Shown here: positions 1 to 11,799 of the stretch, piece after piece
How positions within the stretch are numbered: the stretch's first letter is position 1
Layout: every line of letters starts with the position of its first letter
Assembly (NCBI GenBank): GCA_030324005.1
Contig: JARDVH010000140.1
Location: forward strand, 25,943,622-26,007,621
From: Negaprion brevirostris
Taxonomy: Eukaryota
Reading direction: 5' to 3'
Length of the DNA: 64,000 nt
The notes under the pieces: generated by a model
What the model saw: only the letters and a program-made list of their open reading frames with translations
Told to the model about the DNA's origin: nothing
The model's database searches: none
Made by a program: the position numbers and the translations under genes

Positions 1-1599
1 GTTCTTTCTTCTTCCCAAGGTCATTTCGACTGATATATATATAAAAAAAACCGTTGACAAGAAACATGTGTCCAGTCACAGCAGTAAAAATTAAAGGTGA
101 TGGAAGGTATTCAATCCAACAGATCAAACTTGTAGTGTTACTGGGAAAACTAGCAAATTTAGATGTGCAATGATTGCAGTTGGATGGGAGGGTCCCAGAA
201 TGATTCAAAAGACCATGCATAACATTTACCTTCTCAGAAAATGTTGAGGATTAGAGTCACAGGGCTGCCGATTTAGCTTTTAACAACAGAAAAAATAATT
301 TTAGGTTTGACAACAATGGAATACTCCTTCCCTATCACTTACCTTCGCAAATGTGAACAGATTTTAAGGATAACACGTTACAAAATAAATCTGATGCTAT
401 AATGTTTTCAGTAAATACACAGTCCCTGAACCTCATAGACTGACTGTGGTCAGATAAGCCCCCACTCTGAAACCAAGTGGTAGATGCACTCGATTGCGCT
501 TCTGTGGCGTACTCCTCAAATTCCCTGCTACCACTTGTGTCATTGATTGCCACTCAAGGGTTTTCAAGCTCTGCTTTCAAAAGACGCACTTTTGAAACAA
601 CGCTTTCTGTCACCTATTTTCAGCAAAGATCCACGTCCAGGATTTCCAGCTCTCCTTTCAATTCCCTTTGTCTTGAATAACCACAATCAAACTTTCATAC
701 AATCTCTCAGATACTCAGTCCCTAACCAAATGCTATTGCTCCAAAGACTGGAGTAAGAACACTAACCTTATGATTGCTTCAGATATCTGGCTTTGCTGTT
801 GCCAATTTCTCCCAGTCTGCCTTTTCCAGTTCTGTCTTTAACTTCAGCGAGCAGTACCCTGCTCAAATTACAATTCCTGTTTTCCTTTTTACTTAAATCT
901 TCCTGGAAACTTCTGTTCATTCCCTAGTTTCTAGAGCTAACTGCCCTTTAGTTTTGGTGGGACTTGCTTTCTTGCTCATCATTCCATTGTATTGCTTTTC
1001 TGCTTCGAACAGAGATGTGGGAGCCATCTGCTCTCTCACTGCTAAGCTCCATCTGCCTTCAGTTCAGTAAAACACAATCATAATGTATTTTTTCCCTAAA
1101 GTGGCTCCTTAATTCTTACATCCAACCACATAAACATAGATCACTTGAAACTATCTCTGCTTCCTGACAGAAGCTAGCAATGTTTGTGTTTTTGTATCAA
1201 AATAACCTCTAATACCTTTTACTGTGGGGTTTCAGGTTTACATTTTTGTGTTTTCTAGCGTTTTAATGTGTTTCAAAACCCGAAAATCTTTTGAGAATGC
1301 TTGAGGACAGTTTCCTACATGGGAATTGTCATATATTTCTGACTAATCCCAAATGCAGAGTAACTATTACTACTTTACCATGACATCAGTACAGTCCTTT
1401 TGCCATGCACATTTGGAGGTGTGTTTTTTTATATGAGAAAAGTGACATCCTTTCTCCAATTCATACTTCTAACACAAGTTTAGAGAAGTTAATCCAATAT
1501 TGTAATATTATAAACCTTCGCTTCAATTCCACGAAACTTGCTGTAAAAATCTGTCCACCCCTATACAGACCATGCATCTTCCTCTTCTCTCTCTCTGAA

Positions 1600-2220
1600 T
1601 GCCCATCTTGTCCTTGAAACCTACTTTCTACTCTCTCTATCCTAAGGAGCTGATCACCCAACTTCTCTTCCTTCGGCAGCACGGTGGCACTGTTAGCACT
1701 GCTGCTTTAGGTACTGGTCATCTCTCTTTTAAATCTGCCGTCACCCATCTCAAACTTCATTTCCTTTCCAAAGTCCTTTACGTGATGTTACCTCCCAAAT
1801 ATGTACCCATCTTTCTCAGAACTTGATGTTCAAACCCCTCCAATCAGGTTTCTGTTCCATCATTGTGCAAAGTTGCTCTGATCAAAGTCATAAGTCAGAT
1901 CCTAAGTGATTGTGACAGATTAGACTATACTTGACTTTCATGACCTGTCTGCAATATTTTGAAATGATTGACCATACCATGCTTTTGCAATAACTCTCAC
2001 TGTTGTCTAGCAATTGGACAGATCTTGCTCTATTCTTATCTAGCTAATTGTAGCCAGAGTACCACTTGCAATATCTTCTCACTCTCATGTTGTTACGTAT
2101 GCATCCAACCTTAACTGTATTCTATTTATATCTCTTAAAACATGATCTGAAAACATAACATTAGTCTTCATACATATGCTGCTGACACCCACCTCACCGC
2201 CATCTCTTTCATCCCCTCCA
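1600..2220 (+). mobile_element. L2 LINE RT fragment (decayed), with a short SINE-head fragment at about 1673-1706
   Basis: ctccaatcaggtttctgttccatcattgtgcaaagttgctctgatcaaagtc resembles the L2 motif LQSGF..HSTETALIKV; tatgctgctgacacc is a decayed YADDT. Confidence 0.7.
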
Positions 2221-2221
2221 G

Positions 2222-2560
2222 AGAGGTTACGGGTTTAGAAGGTGCTGTCAAACAAAGGAGGTTTGGTGAGTTGCTACAGTGCATTTTTTTATATGGTATG
2301 CACACTGTGCAGTGGTTTGGAGGGAGTGAATGTTTAAGTTGGTAGATAAGTACTGATTAAATGGCTGCTTTGTCCTGGATGCTGTCGAGCTTCATGCTGA
2401 AGCTGTAGTCATCCAGCTAAGTGGAGAATATACTATCACACTCCTGAATCCTGTCTTGTAGATGGTGAATTTGGGGAGTCAGGAGGTGAGTTACTTGCTT
2501 CATAACTTCCAGTGTCTGATTTGCCCTTGTAGCCACAGTTTTTAATACAGTGGTTCAATT
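2222..2560 (-). mobile_element. CR1/L2-group LINE (family B) 3' fragment
   Basis: ggctgctttgtcctggatg is the reverse complement of IQDKAA; homologous to 57975-58430 and 32400-34440. Confidence 0.7.
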
Positions 2561-2584
2561 ACTGAAAAATCATAAACCTCAAGA

Positions 2585-2722
2585 TCATAGAGTCCAACAG
2601 TACAGAGGGAGACCATTCAGCCCATTGAGTCTACACCAATAACTATCCTACCCAGGCCCTATCCCTATAACCCCACGCATTTACCCGAGCTAGTCCCTCT
2701 GACACTAAGGGCAATTTAGCTA
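2585..2722 (-). mobile_element. HE1/V-SINE 3' part (CR1-type tail)
   Basis: ccattcagcccattgagtctacacc...gacactaagggcaatttagc matches the reverse complement of other copies in the window. Confidence 0.75.
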
Positions 2723-3904
2723 ATTAATGCTCCAATGGCCATAAAATCGATTAGGGCAATAGAGCTGGGATGGGATCACCCCTAACTAAAATCAGGGAGT
2801 GAACATAACTGCTATATAAAATCCATGTTATAGCGTTTCTGTGAAGTACCTTGGGAGACTTTTTTTAATATTAGAGGTCTTATATAAATGCAGGATGTTG
2901 TTATTGGTTATTTGAGAAGAAAGCAAATTAAATAATTCTAGCTATTATTCAGCTGCTAGAACCTAAGACTGTGGCGTTGGTTTAAATCATCATAATTTAG
3001 AGAGAACCAAACTGTGAGAGGTTCAATTTGGCTTTTCATCTTCTATTGATTTCCCTGAAAGGTGACAAATTGATTTGCCTTTACTTTTAGTTGAGCTGGC
3101 GACCTCGAGTGAAGCTCAGTTAATAAAGGAAAAATTGTCATAATATGGAACAGGATTCAAACAGCTTTTATTCCCATTCACGTTACTTTTCAGATGCCTT
3201 TACTAATCTGGCTTGTTTGCCTGTCATAATCGTGTATTGAATTTTGTTAGTGAGCAACCGGACAGTATTTGGCTTTGACAAATAGTGAGATGATTGCAAT
3301 ATGGAAGAGTGCCATATGATCCCTGTCAATTTTAGTTGACAAATAAAATTGAATTCATTGGAGGCGATGGGTGAGATTTGCCGGTCTGTCAAATCGTCCG
3401 TCATTCCTGCTATGATTCCTGTGGCGGGTGGGATTGGAAAATTTTGGCCAATATTTTTTTCTGTCTTTCCCAGTGCCTAACCTGTTCTTCCAACTCCTTT
3501 CAAGAGGAATAGGAAGGTAGATGTTCCGGAGAATGGACTTCCAGTTGTTCCCAATCCAGGTTTCATGGTTGGATTTCTAGAGATGTGCATGTGAGGGGCT
3601 GTTTCTCGGCGAAAATATAAGCTACTCAATATTTTACTAATTTCACAGCATTGTGGAAACAGAGGAGATTATTTGGACCATCATATCTGTCACTGTCAAT
3701 TCTTCAGTGGAGCTTTCCACTCTAATTCCTGCTCATCCATCATTTGTAAACCAAAGCCTATAATTGAATTATTACCTAATAAATAATTTCTCTCTCTTCA
3801 CATTGACTTCAAATTCAAAAATGAAAAGCTGAAGCCTTGCTTTAATAAAAACACGTTGGTGCATTTCTATTTCATATGACAATTTTCTATTGAATATAAA
3901 TGAT

Positions 3905-4180
3905 CTGACAAAGTGCATGGGGAAAAGTTTAGAGGAGATGTGTGAGGCAGGTTTTTTACACAGGGTGCTGAATGTCTGGAACGTGCTGCCTGGGGAGGTG
4001 GTGGGAGCAGGTATGATAGCGGCATTTAAGGCGCAACTAGATAAATACATGAATATGATGGGAATGGAAGGATATGGACTCCATAAATGCATACAGCTTT
4101 ATTTTAGGCAGCAGCATGGTCGATGCAGGCTTGTAAGGCCAAAGGGCCTGTTCCTGTGCTGTACTTTTGTTGTTCTTTGA
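3905..4180 (+). mobile_element. CR1 (HER1-like) LINE 3' end
   Basis: Translates as RVLNVWNVLPGEVVGAGMIAAFKAQLDKYM (CR1 ORF2 C-terminus); tail gggcctgttcctgtgctgta...gttctttg. Confidence 0.85.
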
Positions 4181-4261
4181 CATTTGCACAGTTTCGTCTT
4201 TATATTCAGGTGAAAGTAAAATACTCTGATATTTCTCTCTGAAGAGGAGCAAGGCGGTTCT

Positions 4262-4394
4262 GGAGGTGGAATTTTCCTGTCCCGCCTACCATAGGAATCA
4301 TAGCGGGTGGGAAGGGGGCAGACCACGTAAAGGTCCGTTGACATCGGGTGGGATTGTCCTGTGTTGGGGCGAGCACAGCCAGAAAATCCCACCC
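4262..4394. mobile_element. Short MITE with Harbinger-like GG-rich termini
   Basis: Imperfect TIRs ggaggtggaattttc / gaaaatcccacccc; a reverse-oriented copy lies at 46809-46933. Confidence 0.6.
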
Positions 4395-5299
4395 CTGGTG
4401 TCTGAGGCAGCTTCTAACTTTCATTCAGTGCCACTAAGAAGGATTACCTGGTCATTTACTGTTCTGTTGTTTTAGGGTTCTTGCTGTGCCCAATTTAATT
4501 CAAATGTTCCTCATTTGCTGCACTGTTTTGGGCCATTCAGACAACGTAAAAAGTACGATTGAATTACAATTCCTTTCAAAAAAAGGGAAAGGATACAAAG
4601 TGTGGGATTTTTTTTAAGGTAATCAAACAACGGCAGCAAAAAGACAAAACTCTCAAATAAACACACAGCCTTAATTGTTTCTTACAAATAAACAAACACA
4701 TTAACTAATCTATCTCGGATTCAATTAGGTTTTTCACACTAGAGGAAAGCTGTATTAATTCTTATCTGTTCACCTTATTGAGGTTTGTGCTCCTGTGTTG
4801 ATTAACTCTGGTCCTGGTGGAATTGAATTGAAGGTTATGTTGCTATGAGAAGTTTGTATCTGATTTATATTACACATCAATTACCATTATTTTTAGTCAA
4901 CCCCAGTGTAAATACCTTACCAATTCCAGTCACACCATTTTATCAAAATATTCAGCATCGCTCTTGTTATAAGTAGTGCATGAATCCACCCCACTCCTGC
5001 CCTTCCTGCACCACAGCATCCTATAAAAATTCCAATATCAGATTATGTATTCATTGCCAGCAGTGTTTGTCATTCATTTTGCTAGTTCTTCGGAGCATAT
5101 TGATCATCGCTGAGAATGGAAATGATCTGAGGGATCTGCATTCATGAGATTTGATCACAACTGTAATTTGTGCAGTTCTTCACCACAACGAAATGTTTCA
5201 TTAAAATCCTGTTCTCCATTTGTAGGACTGTGAGACAATTTTATGTTAACTCCTCAAGTGGTCTATAATTCACTTTAAAAAATTTACATGACCATGATG

Positions 5300-5530
5300 A
5301 AAGGCAGACTTGCATTTAAACAGCGTGCGCCTTGACATCAGGATGTTGTGAAGCAGTTTACAGCCAATTAAGTACTTTTGAAATGTATAGTAATGGAGGA
5401 AAATGGCAAACTATTTGCATGCTTCAAGGTCCAACAAAGAGGAATGTGTTAATCATCTGATGATCTATTGGTGTTGTTTGTGTTGGATTAAATATTAGCC
5501 AGAACATCAGGGAAAGCTCCCCGATGTCTT
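5300..5530 (-). mobile_element. Deu-domain SINE (SacSINE1/AmnSINE1-like), decayed
   Basis: agacttgcattta...tttacagccaattaagtacttttgaa...aaatattagccagaacatcagggaaagctccc resembles a Deu domain plus L2-like tail; weaker plus-strand copies at about 4410-4580 and 12060-12220. Confidence 0.6.
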
Positions 5531-5539
5531 GACCAATAA

Positions 5540-5676
5540 TAGAACATAGAACACTACAGCACAAACAGGCCCTTCGGCCCACAAGTTGTGCTGATCATAC
5601 CATACCTACCAGGCCTATCTATAACCCTCAATCCCATTAAATCCCATGTACTCATCCAGAAGTCTCTCAAAAGACC
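5540..5676 (-). mobile_element. CR1 3' tail
   Basis: tagaacatagaacactacagcacaaacaggcccttcggcccac; runs into a gap. Confidence 0.8.
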
Positions 5677-8628
5677 NNNNNNNNNNNNNNNNNNNNNNNN
5701 NNNNNNNNNNNNNNNNNNNNNNNNNNNNNNNNNNNNNNNNNNNNNNNNNNNNNNNNNNNNNNNNNNNNNNNNNNNNCCCGACCTCTGACTCAGACTGACA
5801 TACTGCCAGTATAAGACACAGCTTACGTTCTGTTTGAGAATGTGTAAAACAAAAATAATGCTTGAATCATTTCATCCACAGATTGTTTTTGTTTTAAAAT
5901 ATCTCAGCTGTTTCTTTAGAAATTAATATTGAAGTCAACTTTTAAAGCTTGTGAAAATATTTTCAAATTTGCATTGTGTCTTTGGATTGCTTTAGTTTTG
6001 CATGGGTCCACTAAGTCAATTGCTGCACAAGGGACTTTCAATAAAAGGGAGATTTATTAACTCTACATATGAACTTTCATTGATTCACCTCCTCTGCCCA
6101 AGGTCCAGGGTAGCTCTGACAACCTCTACCCCCATGATGCTCCCAATGACCACATCATCGCATAGTCATGTGACAATCCACCCTATTTAGTTTGGGTTCC
6201 CAGGGGCGTGAAATGTAACAACGTTCGCATATAACTATGCACAACTAAGTAGTGTGAACTGACCAATGAAGCATACAACAGTCTGTACAAATAATGAAAC
6301 ACCAGTTTGCCTCTTGCAGTTGGTGCAATGCCCATTGTGTACCCATAGTGTGCGCTCCTCCCCCTTCTTTCAGGATAACTGGGGACAATGGCAAAAGTAA
6401 AATGAACAGAATGATTTTGGTCAGTCCAGGCAGTTTAAGATGAGATGAAGTCCTGATACTGCATGTTGAGCTTGACCAGGTGCAGGTGAGGCTGTCCTGT
6501 TGGCAGTGTGCACTGTGGTCAGCATTGGAAGGCACATCATTCGTGCAGTGTGAAGACCTTGGACTTACCATGTAGGACTCCAACAGTGTCTGGATAGAGG
6601 GAGGTGTGTGGGGCCTGAAGTCCAGGAAAAGTGGTTGAACTGAGTAATCGGGTGGTGGCTTGGCTACGGGCAANNNNNNNNNNNNNNNNNNNNNNNNNNN
6701 NNNNNNNNNNNNNNNNNNNNNNNNNNNNNNNNNNNNNNNNNNNNNNNNNNNNNNNNNNNNNNNNNNNNNNNNNAACAGATGACGGTGATTCCATATACTC
6801 TGGCTGCCATCGGAGGCCACCACACAGCTGTTAGAGTGCAGGAGCTTGTATTTGACTACTGCTAACTGGTCACGTACCTGATACAGATCGTTTGGCTTGA
6901 GGCAAGAGGACAGAGAGCATGGACATGTTTGTCATGGTGCACCTTGTTGTTTAATCTGTATTGTGAAAGTGCTTTATGTGAGCTAGGTACAAGTTCTGGC
7001 TGCAATATGGCCTTGGTGGTCTGGATCATTGTCCTGGTGCACCCAGAGAAGAACTATTGAGCTGACGAGGACAGGTCTGTTGGGGAAGATAACACCAGCT
7101 TTTGAAGTGCAGCATAGAAATCAGTGTTATCCTGTGTACACTATCCCAGAAGATGTTTGGAGGAGTGAACAGCTCTCCCAGCAAACTATGGGTATAAAGG
7201 GCTGCTTGTTACATGATGAAAATCACAAGTGGAAGCAAGCAAAGGGTACAGAATTCGGCAGAGACAAGCCGGTGGGTATTGTCAGTCATGAGCTTGTGTG
7301 GTTTGCCGCATGTGGCAAAATGTCTCTTGAGTTTCACAATTACTGAACTGCTGGTTGTACTTGGCAAATGTTCTGGCTTGAACCATCCTGATTATGAATC
7401 CACCAATACCGGGTGTTGCTTGCCGTCCCATTCAAAAATGTCTGCTGCCATGAGCCCCACAGTAGACCTGAGACCTCATGTCAGTGTAGAGTGTGGCTTA
7501 AGCGTGTTTCAGGAGGAGTAACTGGAGACCTCTTGCTCAATGTCAGCTTGCATAGAGAGGCCAGCAGAGCAACTTTTTGGCCCTGGCCTTACTTCTACCC
7601 AACCTGGGATGCTCTTGATGGACTTACCGGCTGTAATTCTGCAGGAGAGCAGGAGGAATGATGAATCGCTGACATCACAGGTTAGACCATCTTGAATGGT
7701 CATCTTTTCTCAAAGCAAAGAACACATGGGGGTCAGGAGAAAACTTCCTAGAAGCTTCAGGCCAGACTTACATGATAACATGATAAATCTTACTGCAGCA
7801 CCTGCTTCAACACCTGGATGCAGTGGGAGGAAAGTACCTCTATCTCCATGATATAAATGTTTACCTTATGCTCAACCTGATCTGTGAGGGCACCAATTAA
7901 GTAGAGTTCCTTGCCGCGCTCATTCGCTATATTGCTGTTGCAGCTTTAATATCATGCATTGCAACTGTGAAGATGCAGTGTAAAAAAACTGCCTTCAGGA
8001 TGGTTTTAAGCAGTTGATGGTCAGTTTCCACTGCTGCTGGACAATCATTGGTGAACTTGAGGAATTTTTGACGTGGAAAAACCGGGACAAGGAGCTGTTT
8101 ATTGATTTACACATGCTGAGTTTCTATGTCAGTGAGTGCCCTCGAGGCAAAAGCTATTGATCTCCCATTTTGTATGCATGCTGCACCACGTCCATGCTGT
8201 GATACATCTGCTGAGATTAGGACAGGAGCTTAGACATTGGAGTATTGTAAAACTGTTGGAGGTGCCAGTGATTGTTCGAGTCTGTTGAACGACACATTCT
8301 TGCCAACACCATTCGACGCCCTAATGTAGGAGTTGACAAAGTGGTCCAGTGGTTTCACTATCAGAAGGATTGAGCTTTGAGAGGTAGCTAATCATACTCA
8401 AGAAATGCTGTTGTGTGTGCTTATTGACCATAATGTCCATGTGGCGGGCGTATGGCCACAATCTCTGGATCAGCTTTTACACCACTGTAGCAAGTGGCCC
8501 ACATACTGCACCTGGTCGACTCTGACACTTTGCAGAGTTGAGCTTCAAACTGAGACCCCCGACTTTGTTTAGGACACAATGAAGATGCTTATCATCATGT
8601 TCAGCTACAGTACAACCCCAGATCAGCA

Positions 8629-8850
8629 TGTTGTTTTGTACTGCACTCGCAGGACTAAAGAACGTAGACTTTTAGCACGTGGGGGTGAATGCAGACGACA
8701 ATGCAAGTTTATTCAATAGCTGATAACTCTACAAAGGCTTGATTTTAGATGAAGGCAAAGTCTGTGAAGCAGTCAATAAGGTCACAAACTATACACAGAA
8801 GTGACTCTTACAGTGACCACACAACAATCCAAATGTAACGATGAGTTTAA
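8629..8850 (-). mobile_element. Probable solo LTR nested in the Gypsy RT
   Basis: Non-coding insert starting tgttgt (8629) with acaaca at 8821-8826 and a minus-strand AATAAA at ~8708; it interrupts the RT at its catalytic DD motif; no TSD seen. Confidence 0.45.
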
Positions 8851-9586
8851 NNNNNNNNNNNNNNNNNNNNNTAATCTGCAAAGAGCTGTTCTATACAGCA
8901 CTAAAAAACTTCACTGTTGGTAGAGATACCATCTGGCATTCAGAGTAAACAGTATCTGCTTATTGGGATCTAAATATGGTCAATCTTGAGAGTGCCAATT
9001 GCTGTAGGATTTGCCAAAATCTGCATTTCATATCTAACACACTAATTACTCTTGGATTGTGGTATGTTCGAAGTGACCTGTTCTACTGTCTTCATTGGAT
9101 GTTGTGGCCTGAGTAGTGCTTTGTTTAAATGTGCAGGGTCGATACATATCCTGAACCTACTATCCTTTTTCACTGCGGCTACCATTACCAAAACCCATTC
9201 TGTGGCCTCTTCCACGGGGGTGATTACGCCCATTTCTGTCACTTGATGCAGCTTGTTGATCTTTTGCTTCACTGCAATCGGTATCTTTCTTGGCGCATAT
9301 GTTGGTGTGACCGAGTCATTTTAATCTTGTATGACACAGAACAGGTAATTGATTGACAGTTAAAAATGTCAATGTACCTTGCCATCTACAGGACTTGGAG
9401 TTGCACAGCATAGACTTCTGGGCCAAGTTGCATGACCCCTAATGGGGTGCATGATCCCTAATGAGATGCAGCCTCAGAGTCCTAGTTTTGGCTTGAGATT
9501 CTGGGCCACAATGTAGAAGCTGAAGTTTCCCTTTTGCATGGTGATGATTGTCCGTGGTCGAACTGCTGGTGGGAATCCAGTGTTAC

Positions 9587-10130
9587 CAGTGGCGTAGCCA
9601 GGTTCGAAGGTTAGGGGGAGCGAGCACATAAAAAAAGGCGCCACAAAATAAAAAAAGGATGGCCCCCTCATTACTATTCCGCCAATCCCTGCCCACCCTG
9701 TCCAGGCCCCACCCTGCACTGATGTCATCACAATCTGACATCATCACGTCGCACGCAAAACAACCATTCTTTTCCCAGTAATTCATTTTCTTTCCTTTTA
9801 AAAAAATTATTTTTGAAAAGGCGCCACTTCTGAAAAATGACTACTGCTGAATCCCGATGTTCGTCTGTAGACTGGGCTGGTTCACTGATGGAGCGGGGCT
9901 GAGGAGCCATGTCTGGATTGGCGGAGCTTGTGGATGCGCCATGCTGTGATTGGTGAACTCAGCTGTCAGTCAGCAGTAAGTGAGGTCCCGTGTACTGGAT
10001 TGGCGGAGTGGGTGGCGGGGGTGATGTATCATCCTAGGATTGGCTTATCAAGCTGTCAGTTAAGGGGTTGGGTGTGGGCGGGAGTTAGTATATTTCTGAA
10101 AAATGTGCTCAGGGAGAGTAATCATCAGGT
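9587..10130 (+). mobile_element. GC/CpG-rich insert beginning with a hAT-like terminus; partner TIR not found
   Basis: Starts CAGTGGCGTAGCCAGG; internal inverted motifs ccgccaatcc / ggattggcgg; interrupts the Gypsy protease region. Confidence 0.5.
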
Positions 10131-10133
10131 GTG

Positions 10134-10277
10134 TGGAACTTTCCACACACCTGACGAAGGAACAATGTTTCCGAAAGCTTGTGGGTTTACTGTCAAATAA
10201 ACTAGTTGGACTTTAACCTTGTGTTGTGAGACTTCTTACTGTGTTTACCCCAGTCCAACGCCAGCATCTCCACATCA
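10134..10277 (+). mobile_element. Penelope-like terminal repeat (pLTR) fragment
   Basis: aataaactagttggactttaaccttgtgttgtgagacttcttactgtgtttaccccagtccaacgccagcatctccacatca; matches 18805-18913 and 45994-46278. Confidence 0.85.
10148..10183 (+). ncRNA. Minimal type I hammerhead ribozyme motif
   Basis: cac CTGACGA a ggaac aat gtttcc GAAA gctt gtg. Confidence 0.65.
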
Positions 10278-11227
10278 GGGTTTACTGCTGACATAGGAGG
10301 AAAAGTGTCATGTGGATCCGCAGTATTTGGAGAAGTGATTCCGCTTGTCACAGTGATTACACTTTTTTTTCAAAGGTGGAATATTATGCCCTGTTTGGAG
10401 AGTGCTGGCCACTGCCATTGGTGCAGTTGGTTCCTGAATTGAAAATAACTCTGTCTAAATGCTGCTGTTTCCCATTGAAAATCTTTATGGTATGTTTGAG
10501 ATTGTTCACCAATTGTGCATATTGGCCGCTGTAGATGATGCGGAGCACCCCATGTACTGTACATACTTCTGGTCCCCTCCTAAACAACACTGCTTCCCGC
10601 CCGAATTCTCTGCTCGATCTCTCGGACTGATCATTTAAAATGCACGTTTCTAAAGCAGACTGTGAAGTCAGGTCCTGCTGTTTTTGGAGCTTTCTTTACC
10701 CCCACAAATGATGTGTAATGGATTTGTCAACAAACACTCTAAATTCTAATTTTTCTGCTCGGACCTTTAGTGTGTCCATATAGGTTTGGATTGATTCAAA
10801 TGGTTTCCGATTAGTAAATTGGAATATGCTATGGTCTAAAATTATGATTTTAAGCGGGAACCTATTTCTTTAAATTTAGGTAGCAGAATCACGGGGTACT
10901 CTTCATGTTCTTCTGAATCAACATTAAACAATGTCAACTTTGCAAGCGCTGTTTGACCTGCTAACTTTTCAGCAGAGTGTAGGCTTGGACCTTTTTTCAG
11001 GCAACATTGCACCACAGAAAATGATCTATTTCTGTTCAAATCTGTCCCAATTGTCCATCACGTTCTCATCGAAGACAAGTGGCTCAATGTTCAAAGTTCC
11101 TATGCCGTGCTTGCAGCCCTGACACAGTGCAATTCTGCATGGTCTGTTAAATCAATGACTGCACAAAGGGACTTGCAGCAAGTGGGAGATTTATTAGCTA
11201 CACACACACTCTCATTAATGCACCTTA

Positions 11228-11506
11228 TGGGTGGCACAGTGGTTAGGACTGCTGCCTCGCAGTACCAGAGACCCAGGTTCGATTCCCAGCTTAGGTCATT
11301 GTCTGTGTGGAGTCTGCACGTTCTCCCTGTGTCTGTGTGGGTTTCCTCCCACAGTCCAAAAGATGTGCTGATTAGTTGCATTGGCCATGCCAACTTCTCT
11401 CTGTGTATCTGAACAGGCACCGGACTGTTGCGACTAGGGAATTTTTGCAGTACCTTTATTGCAGTGTTAATGTAAGTCTACTTGTGACACTAATAAATAA
11501 ACTTAA
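11228..11506 (+). mobile_element. V-SINE/HE1-like SINE with Rex1-like tail
   Basis: A box tggcacagtggtt, B box ggttcgattcc, tail cttgtgacactaataaataaac. Confidence 0.9.
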
Positions 11507-11699
11507 NNNNNNNNNNNNNNNNNNNNNNNNNNNNNNNNNNNNNNNNNNNNNNNNNNNNNNNNNNNNNNNNNNNNNNNNNNNNNNNNNNNNNNNNNNNNNN
11601 NNNNNNTGCGACTAGGGAATTTTTGCAGTAACTTTATTGCAGTGTTAATGTAAGTCTACTTGTGACACTAATAAGTAAACTTAAAACTTAAAAACTTAG

Positions 11700-11795
11700 T
11701 TTTTGTTGAATGGGTGGGTTGAAGTGGCAAAGCCATCATGCTGCGCTGCCAACTTCTGACACCATGTAGAAGTGCTGGGTTCCTAAACATTGACA
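11700..11795 (-). mobile_element. Orphan Gypsy LTR-end/PBS/gag-start junction
   Basis: Reverse complement reads ...ACA TGGTGTCAGAAGT ... ATGATGGCTTTGCCACTTCAACCC (MMALPLQP). Confidence 0.5.
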
Positions 11796-11799
11796 GTAA

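Larger units (their letters stand above)
5990..11225 (-). mobile_element. Near full-length decayed Ty3/Gypsy LTR retrotransposon (gag-PR-RT-RNaseH-IN)
   Basis: Minus-strand remnants: gag PLVFDENVMDNWDRFEQ (~11050), RT GVITPVEEATEW..RICIDPAHLNKAL (9042-9272), MLIWG (~8620), RNaseH ISADVSQHG and IAFASRALT (~8130-8220), IN KLKRHFA and LMTDN (~7280-7340); homologous LTR segments at ~5995-6090 and ~11135-11225; PPT-like tract at 6355-6371. Confidence 0.85.

Noticed and set aside
335-553. Minus-strand ORF ending at a strong donor-like GGTAAGTG (~336-343)
   Set aside because: No recognisable protein and no clear acceptor; the surrounding region looks more like an LTR-type repeat, with ends I could not define.
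9590-9610. tRNA-like A box (TGGCGTAGCCAG) and B box (GGTTCGAA)
   Set aside because: The boxes are adjacent with no spacer or cloverleaf; better explained as a transposon terminus.
11428-11690. Direct repeats flanking 100-N gaps (also ~20620/20740, 28001/28122, 32837/32990, 47918/48044)
   Set aside because: Near-identical sequence on both sides of fixed-size gaps indicates unmerged contig overlaps, not true duplications or a CRISPR-like array.
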